A DNA stretch of 47,684 nt, taken from the NCBI GenBank assembly GCA_001873945.1, contig MNYI01000174.1, forward strand, positions 1 to 47,684. The letters run 5' to 3'. The notes beneath the pieces were generated by a model. The model was not told the DNA's origin. It was given only the letters and a program-made list of their open reading frames with translations, and did no database searches. Shown one piece after another: positions 23,847-33,288 of the stretch. This DNA is from Candidatus Desantisbacteria bacterium CG2_30_40_21 (GTDB lineage Bacteria; UBA9089; CG2-30-40-21). Position numbers and translations under genes: made by a program. Every line of letters begins with the position of its first letter. Within the stretch, counting starts at the first letter, position 1.

Positions 23847-25313
23847 TTGCTAAATACATTTCCTCTAATTGAAAACATCCCCTTTATTAACCCTGTCCGA
23901 GTATTTCCCATCTTTAATGATTATAAATACCCCTTTTTTCTTGATAGTGGAATGAGTAAATATGGGCTTGGACAATATTCATTCATTGGCTTTGACCCGT
24001 TTCTGGTGTTCAAGAGCAAGGGAGAAAATGTGGAGATATTCGCAGGAGATTTTCGTAGGGGCGATCCTTACGATCAACCAATCCAGTTTCATGGCGACCC
24101 TTTTGCTATCCTTCGCCAAATTATTGACCAATACAAATTACCCATTCTGCCAGATCTCCCCTCATTTCTTGGTGGTGGGGTTGGGTATTTCAGTTATGAA
24201 ATGAAAAATCTCATCGAGAAATTACCAGTAAAGGCTATGGATGACATTGATATACCGGACTGTATTGTTTGCTTGTATGATGTTATCATCATCTTTGACC
24301 ATAAACAGAAACAGGTTTATATCTCTTCAAGCGGATTTCCAGAGCAGGATAATAACTTGCGTCAGAAGCGAGCTATTTATCGGATAAAATGGGTGAAGGA
24401 TCGATTAAAGGAGACAGGAGAAGTTAAAAGTGAAAAGTTAAAAGTGAAAAGTGAAGAGTTAGGAGAAAGGGGGCAGGAACATAAGCCAACTGAATCAATC
24501 ACCTCAAACCTTACCCATGAAGAATATATTCAAGCCGTTATAAAGGCAAAGGAATATATTGCTCAGGGCGATATCTATCAGGTGAACTTATCCCAAAGAT
24601 TGATGACAAACCTCGTGGTCCCTCCATTCAGGCTGTACCAACAATTAAGGAGAATAAACCCTGCCCCGTTTGGCAGCTATCTGGATTTTGGTGAGGTGGT
24701 GATTGCTGGCTCTTCTCCTGAAAGGTTTCTTTCAGTTGAGGGAAAAATTGTGGAAACAAGACCTATCAAGGGGACGCGACCACGGGGGGAAAATAGGGCT
24801 GAGGATAAAAGGCTTAGGCAGGAACTGCTTTTGAGCGAAAAAGATAGGGCTGAATTGATGATGATTGTTGACCTTTTGAGAAATGACCTTGGTCGGGTGT
24901 GCAAATATGGCTCAATTGTGGTTAAGAATATCAGAAGGCTGGAGTCGCATCCAACCGTATTTCACACAGTAGCTACGATTTGTGGTGAGCTTTCCACAAG
25001 GCATGACCGCTTTGACCTGCTCAAGGCATGTTTCCCCGGTGGCTCCATCACCGGTGCCCCAAAGATAAGAGCCATGGAGATAATCAATGAATTAGAGCCA
25101 AATAAGAGGCATATTTATACAGGTTGCATTGGTTATCTGAGTTTTACCGGTAGCATGGATATGAATATTGCTATCCGTACATTTTTAATAAAAGGCAATC
25201 AGGTTTATTTTCATGTTGGTGGCGGCATTGTGGCTGATTCTTCACCTGAGGACGAATATATGGAAACCTTTCATAAAGGTAAGGCATTGATAAAGGCTGT
25301 GGAAATAGCATAG
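23847..25313 (+). CDS. pabB: chorismate-utilising enzyme, aminodeoxychorismate synthase component I-like (PabB/TrpE family)
   Basis: GDIYQVNLSQR.., PIKGTRPRG.., ..ELMMIVDLLRNDLGRV.., ..GGSITGAPK.. motifs. TTG start. Low-complexity in-frame insert at 24421-24465. Confidence 0.75.
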   Translation: MLNTFPLIENIPFINPVRVFPIFNDYKYPFFLDSGMSKYGLGQYSFIGFDPFLVFKSKGENVEIFAGDFRRGDPYDQPIQFHGDPFAILRQIIDQYKLPILPDLPSFLGGGVGYFSYEMKNLIEKLPVKAMDDIDIPDCIVCLYDVIIIFDHKQKQVYISSSGFPEQDNNLRQKRAIYRIKWVKDRLKETGEVKSEKLKVKSEELGERGQEHKPTESITSNLTHEEYIQAVIKAKEYIAQGDIYQVNLSQRLMTNLVVPPFRLYQQLRRINPAPFGSYLDFGEVVIAGSSPERFLSVEGKIVETRPIKGTRPRGENRAEDKRLRQELLLSEKDRAELMMIVDLLRNDLGRVCKYGSIVVKNIRRLESHPTVFHTVATICGELSTRHDRFDLLKACFPGGSITGAPKIRAMEIINELEPNKRHIYTGCIGYLSFTGSMDMNIAIRTFLIKGNQVYFHVGGGIVADSSPEDEYMETFHKGKALIKAVEIA

Positions 25314-25342
25314 GTAGCATTGCATTCAGCTATCAAACGAGG

Positions 25343-25455
25343 GTAACTACTCAGCTTGGCACGCGAAAGGCAGTTAAGTAAGCTACCCGCAAAGCAAAAA
25401 AAGCAAAACGAAAGCAATCGTCCGTCATTCTTGCGAAGGCAGGAATCCAGAGGGA
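25343..25455. repeat. fragmentary repeat cluster (family G terminus + short family E hairpin)
   Basis: GTAACTACTCAG at 25343-25354. GTCATTCTTGCGAAGGCAGGAATCCAGAGGGA at 25424-25455 matches the ends of the element nested at 27309-27385. Confidence 0.45.
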
Positions 25456-25561
25456 GGAATTGGGGGTCAACCTTGATTATAGAATACAAAATGGGAAACC
25501 AATTATCTTACTTATTTAATTCAGCAGATGACTTCTGCTGAATTGCAAAAGGAGGAATACC

Positions 25562-26041
25562 ATGAATATTGAAATGGAGATAGGAAGATTATTGACTATT
25601 AAAGGATTAACTCTATCTATCGCTGAATCCTGTACAGGTGGAATGGTATGCTCAAGGATAACAGATGTATCTGGCAGTTCTATATATTTTACAGGTGGGG
25701 TAATAGCTTACAGTAATAAGATAAAGATACAGATGCTTGGGGTAAAACAAGAGGCTCTGGATACCCATGGAGCAGTAAGTGCTCAGGTAGCCATAGAAAT
25801 GGCAAAGGGTGTCAGGGAAAGATACGAGACGAATATTGGGCTTGCTATCACTGGAATTGCAGGTCCTGATGGCGGAAGTCTACAAAAACCTGTTGGACTT
25901 GTATATCTATCGTTAAAGCCAAATACAGGAGAGACAATATGTAAAAAATGCAAATTCATTGGAGAAAGAAAAGATATTCGTATACAAAGTACACAAATGA
26001 TGCTTGAGATGCTTTTGGAGTATTTGATTAATGGCTCGTAA
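25562..26041 (+). CDS. pncC: CinA C-terminal domain protein / nicotinamide-nucleotide amidohydrolase PncC
   Basis: 159 aa: LSIAESCTGGMV..GGVIAYSN..K...LGV....L...GAVS..VA.EMA.GV.....LAITGIAGPDGG. Confidence 0.85.
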   Translation: MNIEMEIGRLLTIKGLTLSIAESCTGGMVCSRITDVSGSSIYFTGGVIAYSNKIKIQMLGVKQEALDTHGAVSAQVAIEMAKGVRERYETNIGLAITGIAGPDGGSLQKPVGLVYLSLKPNTGETICKKCKFIGERKDIRIQSTQMMLEMLLEYLINGS

Positions 26042-26083
26042 CATTTGTCTTCGTGAGTATGTATTCCCCTATTGTAGGACAAC

Positions 26084-27184
26084 ATGATTATTATCAAACG
26101 AATCAAGGATACTATTGAAAATACAATTTATGATGCCCTTTCAGAGATTAAATATAAACCTCAACATGAAAGAGTGCTAATTAAACCGTGTATTCCCAGT
26201 CCATGTCGTGTTGGAACTCCGTACATTGCCAGCCATAAGATAACAGCCGGGGTGATAAATTATTTAAGGCATCAGGGAATAGAAGAGATAATTGTTGGAG
26301 AGGGGCCATTACGGGATTATAATAGGACATTTGTCGTATCCGGATATGAAAAAATGTGTAAAGAGAAGGATGTAAGGCTAATAAACCTTCACTATGCAGA
26401 ACGAAGGGGTATAGCATGGGATTATGGAGAGATACAAATTCCATCGCTGATATTTGATTCAGAATATATCAATATTGCTAAACTAAAGGTTCATACCTCA
26501 ACAACCGTAACCCTTGGTATGAAAAACCAAATGGGATTGTTGAGAAAAGAGGATAATAAAAATATCCATCTACTCGGACTTCATCGTCCCATTGCTGCCC
26601 TGGCAAGTGTGATTAAGCCAAACCTGACCATTATTGACGCCATTAACGGGGAGCAAGGTGGACCGCCTGGAAAACATGGGCATGAGGTGCAGGGTATTAA
26701 TCTGGTTATCTGTGGCACTTCCCTTCTTTCTACAGACGCAACCGCAGCTCGTCTCATGGGGTTTTCCCTTGAGAATATCCTTCACCTATCGATAGCTAAG
26801 GATATGAACTTGAGTATTTTTGATGATGAGATGATGGGGGTACCCTTAGATGAATGCCAGATGAATTTTATACCATTAACCGATCATCGCAAGATATACA
26901 ATCTTTATTATCACTGGACAGATGAGACATGCAGCGGATGTCTGGGGCTGATGGCTGAGATACGGGCGACTGCCTTAACCCATCCGTGGCATCTGGGCAG
27001 ATTTATTCGACATGGATTGTTGCAACGGATTGACATATTTACTGGCAAACCCAAAATAATCATGGAAACCAATGGACATATCATTGGGATTGGTAACTGT
27101 ATGTTGGATATTGCCTCAAAGCATGGCATCCCCTTTGTCCCTGGCTGTCCACCGAGGGCTGTTGATGTGTTACGGAAGATATGA
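26084..27184 (+). CDS. DUF362 domain-containing protein
   Basis: VLIKPCIPSP......IASHKITAGVINYLRHQGIEEIIVGEGP and ..TIIDAINGEQGGPPG.. resemble DUF362. Function unknown. Confidence 0.6.
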   Translation: MIIIKRIKDTIENTIYDALSEIKYKPQHERVLIKPCIPSPCRVGTPYIASHKITAGVINYLRHQGIEEIIVGEGPLRDYNRTFVVSGYEKMCKEKDVRLINLHYAERRGIAWDYGEIQIPSLIFDSEYINIAKLKVHTSTTVTLGMKNQMGLLRKEDNKNIHLLGLHRPIAALASVIKPNLTIIDAINGEQGGPPGKHGHEVQGINLVICGTSLLSTDATAARLMGFSLENILHLSIAKDMNLSIFDDEMMGVPLDECQMNFIPLTDHRKIYNLYYHWTDETCSGCLGLMAEIRATALTHPWHLGRFIRHGLLQRIDIFTGKPKIIMETNGHIIGIGNCMLDIASKHGIPFVPGCPPRAVDVLRKI

Positions 27185-27198
27185 GTAAGTGAAAAACT

Positions 27199-27428
27199 AT
27201 ACTCAAGCGGGGCATAAATTGCGATTTTTCTCGGGGTGAGGATTAATCAAGGAGAGCAATAGCGCGTAAGGTGAGCAATAGCGTACTATTGCGAACCTGA
27301 ACAACGCGTCATTCCTGCCCCCGTTCCCCACTTTCGTGAGGACAAGCTTCACGAGGGTAAACTCCGGCAGGAATCCAGAGGGAACATTAAGACCAGCGAA
27401 AAACGCAATTTATGCCCCACTTGAGTAT
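27199..27428. mobile_element. MITE-like element, family A, copy 2 (inverted relative to copy 1) carrying a nested family E element at 27309-27385
   Basis: Same termini as 61-218. The body is collinear with the reverse complement of copy 1, except for a ~77-bp insert GTCATTCCTGCCCCCGTTCCCCACTTTCGTGAGGACAAGCTTCACGAGGGTAAACTCCGGCAGGAATCCAGAGGGA. Confidence 0.8.
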
Positions 27429-27518
27429 ATGTCCAAAGAGTGATCAGAGGACAAAAGGAGATATATTGATGAGCAGTAGAGTGGAACAGGCATTCTTGCC
27501 TGTCATTGGTGGAAATAG

Positions 27519-29030
27519 ATGCATATTACCTTAATTTGTCCCCCATGGTATTCTATGGATACATCCCCTATCACCTCCAATAATCTTGGATTAGGGTATA
27601 TTGGTGCTTATTTAATTCAGCATGGTCATCGCGTAACGATTATTGATGGCGTATCTTGCGGGAATAAAAATTCGGTTCGGGTATCTACAAAATATCAGCG
27701 GGTGTATCGGATTGGGTTGGATTACGATGAGATTGTTAGCCGTATTCCAATAGCCACAGATATGATAGGGATTACTGCCCAATTTGTTAATCATGCCCAA
27801 ATTATTCGGGAATTGAGCTTGAAAATTAAAGCAAAATACTCACATCTCCCTCTGGTACTTGGCGGAGCATATCCATCAACCATGCCTGAACAAGCACTCA
27901 CGCAACAAATTGATTTCATAGTTGTTGGCGAGGGAGAGATACCTATGCTTGAACTGGCATCCGGGATTTCACCTGAAAAAATCCAAGGGCTTTATTATCA
28001 AGGGAAAGAACAAATATTCCAAACTTCAGAACTTCAAAACCTCTCAACTTCCGAGCTTTATTGTCAGAAAGGAGAACAAGTAACACAGGCAAGGGTTATT
28101 GAAAATCTTGATGATATCCCCTACCCTGCCCGACACCTTTTGCCTGCAGAAAAATATCTCTATACTGATGCACTTGGCAGAACTTCAAAGAAGCGTTCTC
28201 TTGAAATTTTGACATCCCGTGGCTGCCCTTTCAGGTGTACCTTTTGTGCCACGCACCCTGTTTTTGGTTATAAATGGCGAGCAAGGTCAGTATCCAATAT
28301 TATCCTTGAAATTAAACAACTTATCTGTGATTATGGCATACAACACATTAACTTTATTGATGATAATATCAGCCTCGATTCTGGGCGAATGAATAGTCTG
28401 CTGGATGGGCTTATCAAAGAGAATCTTGGTATTACCTGGTCAGCAGTCTCAGGCTTGCGAATTAGTACCCTGAATAAAGAGATATTGGAAAAAATACAGG
28501 CATCCGGAGGGACAAGAATAAACTTAGCTGTGGAAAGCGGGGATCCAATGATGCTTGATGCCATGAATAAAGGGCTGGATGTGGAAAAAATAAAGGAGAT
28601 AGTTGGAATATGCGGCAAACTTGGATTGAATCCGCGAGGCTACTTAATGGTTGGTTATCCGGGTGAAACACGGGAAAGCTTTTTGAAGAGTATAAAATTT
28701 TGCGAGGAACTTAAAATAGCAGGCATGAAGACATTCATTCTCTCTATTGCTCAACCATACCCAAAAACCTCACTCTGGGAGATGTGCAGGAAACAAGGGT
28801 ATCTTGTCAGGGATGATATAGAAAATGTGTTATTCTTCAGCGAATACCCACAACCAAACATCATTACCCCTGATTTTGACCAAAAAGAGATACATTTTCG
28901 ATTCAAACATGCTCAACGCAAGCTTAATCCGCTTGAATACTGGGGAGAGAAAATATTGCCGCGGGCATGGATAAAACAAATGATCCCAAAGGAATTGAAG
29001 GATAGGATTGTTTCTGGTGGTGACTCATAG
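27519..29030 (+). CDS. B12-binding-domain radical SAM protein (class B)
   Basis: N-terminal cobalamin-binding-like Rossmann segment (LGLGYIGAYLIQHGHRVTIIDG), then SRGCPFRCTFCA (CX3CX2C). Substrate unknown. Confidence 0.75.
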   Translation: MHITLICPPWYSMDTSPITSNNLGLGYIGAYLIQHGHRVTIIDGVSCGNKNSVRVSTKYQRVYRIGLDYDEIVSRIPIATDMIGITAQFVNHAQIIRELSLKIKAKYSHLPLVLGGAYPSTMPEQALTQQIDFIVVGEGEIPMLELASGISPEKIQGLYYQGKEQIFQTSELQNLSTSELYCQKGEQVTQARVIENLDDIPYPARHLLPAEKYLYTDALGRTSKKRSLEILTSRGCPFRCTFCATHPVFGYKWRARSVSNIILEIKQLICDYGIQHINFIDDNISLDSGRMNSLLDGLIKENLGITWSAVSGLRISTLNKEILEKIQASGGTRINLAVESGDPMMLDAMNKGLDVEKIKEIVGICGKLGLNPRGYLMVGYPGETRESFLKSIKFCEELKIAGMKTFILSIAQPYPKTSLWEMCRKQGYLVRDDIENVLFFSEYPQPNIITPDFDQKEIHFRFKHAQRKLNPLEYWGEKILPRAWIKQMIPKELKDRIVSGGDS

Positions 29031-29032
29031 TA

Positions 29033-29100
29033 TAACCGTTCATAACCATATTTTTTAACACAGAGAACACAAAGTATTATGAGTTACACAGAGTGAACTG
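29033..29100. repeat. half copy of family D element
   Basis: ATAACCGTTCATAAC..TTTTAACACAGAG.. parallels the left arm of 8749-8899. Confidence 0.5.
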
Positions 29101-29110
29101 AAAAAAACAC

Positions 29111-29139
29111 TTGACAGGAACAAAAGTTTATGGTATACT
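29111..29139 (+). promoter_or_regulatory. sigma70-type promoter for the marR-efflux operon
   Basis: TTGACA (29111-29116), 17-nt spacer, TATACT (29134-29139). Confidence 0.55.
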
Positions 29140-29194
29140 TTGATTATCAAAATATTTTGTCCTCAAAGCTATTTCCCTTAAGGAGTAAACCATT

Positions 29195-29671
29195 ATGGAG
29201 AAAGAAACAGTGGCCAGCCGTGCTGAAAGGATATATTTTTTTCTGCCCAAGATAATGGAAAATTTGTTCTTTGGAACAAGACAAAAACTGGAGTATCCAG
29301 ACATAACGATTACTCAAATAAGAACACTTCGTATCTTAGTGGAGAATGATAACTGCACTATGAGTGAGTTAGGTGACCATGCCTGTGTAACCCTTGGAAC
29401 GATGACTACTACGGTCAATCATCTGGTGAAAAATAAACTTGTCAAGCGAATAAGAAGCACCCAAGATCGGAGATTGGTTCGGGTACAATTGACAGATTAT
29501 GGCAAGGGAATTATCCAAGAACACCAACAAAGATGCAAGGAACAATTAGCCGGAGCCATTCAAGGGTTGAAAGAGGAAGAACAGGAAAGATTGCTTACTG
29601 CTTTTTCCGATATTTATTCCATTGTCACCAAGATGAAAAAGAAGGGATTAAATAATAATGAAAACATTTAG
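29195..29671 (+). CDS. MarR-family transcriptional regulator
   Basis: Winged helix ITITQIRTLRILVENDNCTMSELGDHACVTLGTMTTTVNHLVKNKLVKRIRSTQDRRLVRVQLT. Confidence 0.85.
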   Translation: MEKETVASRAERIYFFLPKIMENLFFGTRQKLEYPDITITQIRTLRILVENDNCTMSELGDHACVTLGTMTTTVNHLVKNKLVKRIRSTQDRRLVRVQLTDYGKGIIQEHQQRCKEQLAGAIQGLKEEEQERLLTAFSDIYSIVTKMKKKGLNNNENI

Positions 29672-30950
29672 TAAAATTGTTAGACTTACATTCATCAGCA
29701 CAATCTTATTTTCTTTTGACACATTTGCAACAGATACAGTTAAGCAGTTAACAATCAATGACTGTATTAAGCTATCACTTGAACAGAATACGGATATTAT
29801 CATAGCCCATGAAGACCAAAAAATCGCAAAGGCACAGACCACCTCAGCCTGGTCCACTGTATGTCCTAAGTTGACCATTGAGACAGACTATGCAAAAATA
29901 CATTCTAAGCAGCTCCATGACACGATTGATTCATTCGCAGTAAAGCTATCCGCACAGCAGCTCGTCTGGGGCGGGCAGGTTATGCCGGTGCTGGAAGCAG
30001 CTAATTATGCCCTGAATCTGGCAGATGATAGTTTTCTTGTGAAAAAAAACACAGTTATTCTCATCGCAAAAGAGACCTATATAAATGTGCTTAAGACAGA
30101 GGAACTTGTCAAATCTGCCAGAGAGAATAAAAAACTGATAGAACAGATTATCACTCAAACAGAATCACTCATTTCTGCCGGACTTGCCACAAGAGCAGAC
30201 CTGCTCAAATTGCAACTCCAACTCAAGAATATTGAGCAGATGGTGATAAATACTGATAATGGGGCAAAGGTAGCCAAACAATCTCTCAACTTATTACTCG
30301 GGTTTCCAATAGATCAGTCCATTGAACTTAAACCTTATAAAACGACTGATTATAATGAATTATTAAATCTAAACACCAAAGAGCTGGTAACAAAAGCATT
30401 AACTCAAAGAAAAGAATTATCGCAATTAGATTATTCTGTCAAGTTATTAAACACACAGGCAGCAGTCATAAATAGTGCCACTCAACCTGTGGTCCTTTTT
30501 TCCGGCAACTATGGGCTGATCAATGATAAATTATCTTTTGATGTCGGGAGAGATAAAGACTGGCTGCTTGCCCTTGTAGCTAAATGGACTTTTTTTGATG
30601 CCAATGATACGCAGTCAAAGGTGGATGTGAATAGATCATCTATTAAAAAATTACAAGAATTACGCAAACAGCTGGTCAACGGCATAGAGCTGGAAGTCAA
30701 TATCATTGTCAATGGAATAACCTCTTCCATCGCCAAAATTGATGCTTCTCAAAAGGAACTTGAACTGGCAAAAGAAAATGTAAGCATAGCTGAAGAAAAA
30801 TACATTAATGGTCTGGGTACAAATCTGGACATCATTGATAGTCAAACATCGCTGTTAGCCGCACAAACTAATTTAATTAACGCAAATTATGATCTGGAAA
30901 TTGCAAAAGCTCGATTATATAAAGCCATTGGCGAGATGGATAAGATTTAA
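29658..30950 (+). CDS. TolC-family outer-membrane efflux protein
   Basis: 430 aa with signal peptide and a duplicated coiled-coil OEP architecture. Overlaps marR by 14 nt. Confidence 0.8.
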   Translation: MKTFSKIVRLTFISTILFSFDTFATDTVKQLTINDCIKLSLEQNTDIIIAHEDQKIAKAQTTSAWSTVCPKLTIETDYAKIHSKQLHDTIDSFAVKLSAQQLVWGGQVMPVLEAANYALNLADDSFLVKKNTVILIAKETYINVLKTEELVKSARENKKLIEQIITQTESLISAGLATRADLLKLQLQLKNIEQMVINTDNGAKVAKQSLNLLLGFPIDQSIELKPYKTTDYNELLNLNTKELVTKALTQRKELSQLDYSVKLLNTQAAVINSATQPVVLFSGNYGLINDKLSFDVGRDKDWLLALVAKWTFFDANDTQSKVDVNRSSIKKLQELRKQLVNGIELEVNIIVNGITSSIAKIDASQKELELAKENVSIAEEKYINGLGTNLDIIDSQTSLLAAQTNLINANYDLEIAKARLYKAIGEMDKI

Positions 30951-30962
30951 CAGGAGAAAAAT

Positions 30963-32024
30963 ATGAAAATAATAAAAACACTTGTTCGGAGCAGACACAT
31001 ATATCTGCCCTTACTACTAATAATGCTCACCATGCTTTCGTTTGGCTGCAACAATAAAAATAAAGACAAAGCAGAGAAACCTGTACAGGAGAAAATTGTA
31101 AAGGTATTTCCGGCTAAACAGGGGCATTTTATCCAAACACGCGATGTATCAGCTGAAACTCAGGCAAGCAAGGACATAACCCTCAGCGCCGAAACAAACG
31201 GCAAGGTTGAATGGATGAAAATATCCGTAGGAGACACTATTCAGCAGGGACAACTTATCGCTAAGATTGATGAGCAAATGGCAAAAGCTCAATTAGATGT
31301 TGCTTCTGCCAACTACAATTTTGCTTTAAGCAACTATGAAAGACAGAAACAGATATATGACAAAAAAATAATCTCTGACCAGCAGTTTGATGCAGCCAGA
31401 ACTCAGATGGAAACCGCAAAGGCAGGTCTTAAACTATCGCAGATACAAATGAAAAATACCAGCATATATGCTCCATTTGGCGGAATTGTTGCAGCCACTT
31501 TTGTTAATGAGAATGAGTTGACAAATATAGGCAGACCCGTTGTACGGATTGTCAATCTGGACACCATAAAAATTGTTGTCCCCGTAGTCGAAAAAGACAT
31601 AACCAACTTACACATTAACGATAAGACTGCAATAGAAATCACCAGCATTAAGAATGGTCAGTATAACGGCTCTATCAACAAAATCGGTTCTGTTGCCGAC
31701 CCATCTTCCAAAACATTTCCGGTAGAAATACTTGTCCGCAATCCAGACCATACCATCAAGGCTGGAATGCTTAGTACTATCAAATTCACTATCAACCGGT
31801 ACAACAATGTATTTGTTGTCCCACAAGACCTTATTGTTGAAGGAGAGAATTCGAAAGGTATAATGACCGTATCAAACAATGTTGTCTTCTTGAAAAAAGT
31901 TGAAGTTACTCTGCCGGAAAAAGACAAAATAGCTATACTATCGGGTATTTCCGAAGGAGACAAAATTATACATGTCGGTCACAAAAGTGTCTCTGATGGA
32001 GATTGTGTAGCTATTATTCAATGA
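30963..32024 (+). CDS. efflux RND periplasmic adaptor (membrane fusion protein, HlyD family)
   Basis: Lipoprotein-like LSFGC. Lipoyl-like hairpin GKVEWMKISVGDTIQQGQLIAKID, coiled coil, then ..IYAPFGGIVA.. Confidence 0.85.
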   Translation: MKIIKTLVRSRHIYLPLLLIMLTMLSFGCNNKNKDKAEKPVQEKIVKVFPAKQGHFIQTRDVSAETQASKDITLSAETNGKVEWMKISVGDTIQQGQLIAKIDEQMAKAQLDVASANYNFALSNYERQKQIYDKKIISDQQFDAARTQMETAKAGLKLSQIQMKNTSIYAPFGGIVAATFVNENELTNIGRPVVRIVNLDTIKIVVPVVEKDITNLHINDKTAIEITSIKNGQYNGSINKIGSVADPSSKTFPVEILVRNPDHTIKAGMLSTIKFTINRYNNVFVVPQDLIVEGENSKGIMTVSNNVVFLKKVEVTLPEKDKIAILSGISEGDKIIHVGHKSVSDGDCVAIIQ

Positions 32025-32181
32025 AAATGTGATTTACGGAAAATTTAGGCAGACATAGGATAAGATTTTTAGCCACGAATGAACACGAATTTTTCTTTTC
32101 CAAAATATTCGTGTCCATTCATATCCAGTAGTGTTAATTTGTGGTTGAATAGTTACTGCTGGACAATAAGGAGTTTGAATC

Positions 32182-33216
32182 ATGATGATTGACCAGAGCC
32201 TATACAGCGATATTCGCAATCTAATAGAGTCAGCCCGAAATAAAGTCTATCAATCAGTAAATTGGGAAATGGTTATCACTTATTGGGAAATAGGCAAACG
32301 AATAGTTGAAGAAGAACAACAGGGTGAGAACAGGGCGGAATACGGAAAATTTCTAATCAAGAACCTTGCAAAAAAATTATCAGATGAGTTTGGTAAGGGT
32401 TTTGATCAAAGCAATTTGCGATACATGAGGCTTTTTTATAATGTTTTTCCAATTCGTGACGCACTGCGCCACGAATTGAGTTGGACGCATTACCGCCTAT
32501 TATTGCGAGTCGAAGATAAATCAACCCGAAACTTTTATTTAACTGAAGCAATAGAATGCTCATGGAGTTCCCGTCAACTTGAACGGCAGATAAACTCATT
32601 TTATTATCAGCGGTTGTTGGCAAGTCAGGATAAAAAAATAGTCAAAGCCGAGGCGAAAAACAATAATCAAATGCTCAAACCAGCCAATTTGCTTAAAAAT
32701 CCGTACATCCTTGAGTTTTTAGACCTGAAAGAAAATACCAATTATCTGGAGTATGATATAGAAACAGAGATACTTGGAAAATTGCAGGAATTTTTACTTG
32801 AACTTGGCAAAGGTTTTTCTTTCGTAGCAAGGCAACAACGCATCACTACTGATGCAGGCAAACATTATTATGTTGACCTTGTATTTTACAATTACCTGCT
32901 GAAATGTTTTCTGCTGATTGACTTAAAAATCGGCACTCTCACCCCGCAAGATGTGGGGCAAATGGATATGTATGTACGGCTTTATGAACAACTTAAAAAA
33001 CCTGAAGGCGACAACCCAACTATTGGTATTATTCTTTGCTCTGAACGAGACGAAACCGTGGTGGAATTTTCTGTACTTGCCGAAAACAAGCAACTCTTTG
33101 CATCAAAATACCAGCTTTATCTACCCACCAAAGAACAGCTAAAACATCTCCTTGAAACCGAACGAGCGTATATTGAACAGGGACAGATGTTGGGTGATGA
33201 GGAGTTTGGGGGATGA
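32182..33216 (+). CDS. YhcG/DUF1016-family PD-(D/E)xK nuclease-like protein inserted between MFP and RND pump genes
   Basis: N-terminal VNWEMVITYWEIGKRIVEEEQQGENRAEYGK..L.....FGKGF...NLRYMR.FY. C-terminal GKGFSFVARQQRIT..YVDLVFYN..LIDLKIG..QMDMYV (PD-ExK core). Confidence 0.8.
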   Translation: MMIDQSLYSDIRNLIESARNKVYQSVNWEMVITYWEIGKRIVEEEQQGENRAEYGKFLIKNLAKKLSDEFGKGFDQSNLRYMRLFYNVFPIRDALRHELSWTHYRLLLRVEDKSTRNFYLTEAIECSWSSRQLERQINSFYYQRLLASQDKKIVKAEAKNNNQMLKPANLLKNPYILEFLDLKENTNYLEYDIETEILGKLQEFLLELGKGFSFVARQQRITTDAGKHYYVDLVFYNYLLKCFLLIDLKIGTLTPQDVGQMDMYVRLYEQLKKPEGDNPTIGIILCSERDETVVEFSVLAENKQLFASKYQLYLPTKEQLKHLLETERAYIEQGQMLGDEEFGG

Positions 33217-33288
33217 AGTTGAGTATAAATGGGATAATATCAAGTTTGGTCAAATTGCTAATTGCATTAACAAGAAAGGATTAAAATC

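Noticed and set aside
25518-25544. 10-bp stem hairpin AATTCAGCAG atgactt CTGCTGAATT just upstream of the cinA/pncC RBS, as a possible terminator or riboregulator
   Set aside because: No T-tract follows and no conserved motif is recognisable. It may simply be another short palindromic repeat.
28015-28060. AACTTCAGAACTTC-type 8-nt periodic string inside the B12-radical SAM gene, sharing a 15-mer with 12160-12200
   Set aside because: A 15-nt low-complexity match is within chance expectation for a 47-kb window searched on both strands. No flanking similarity is present.
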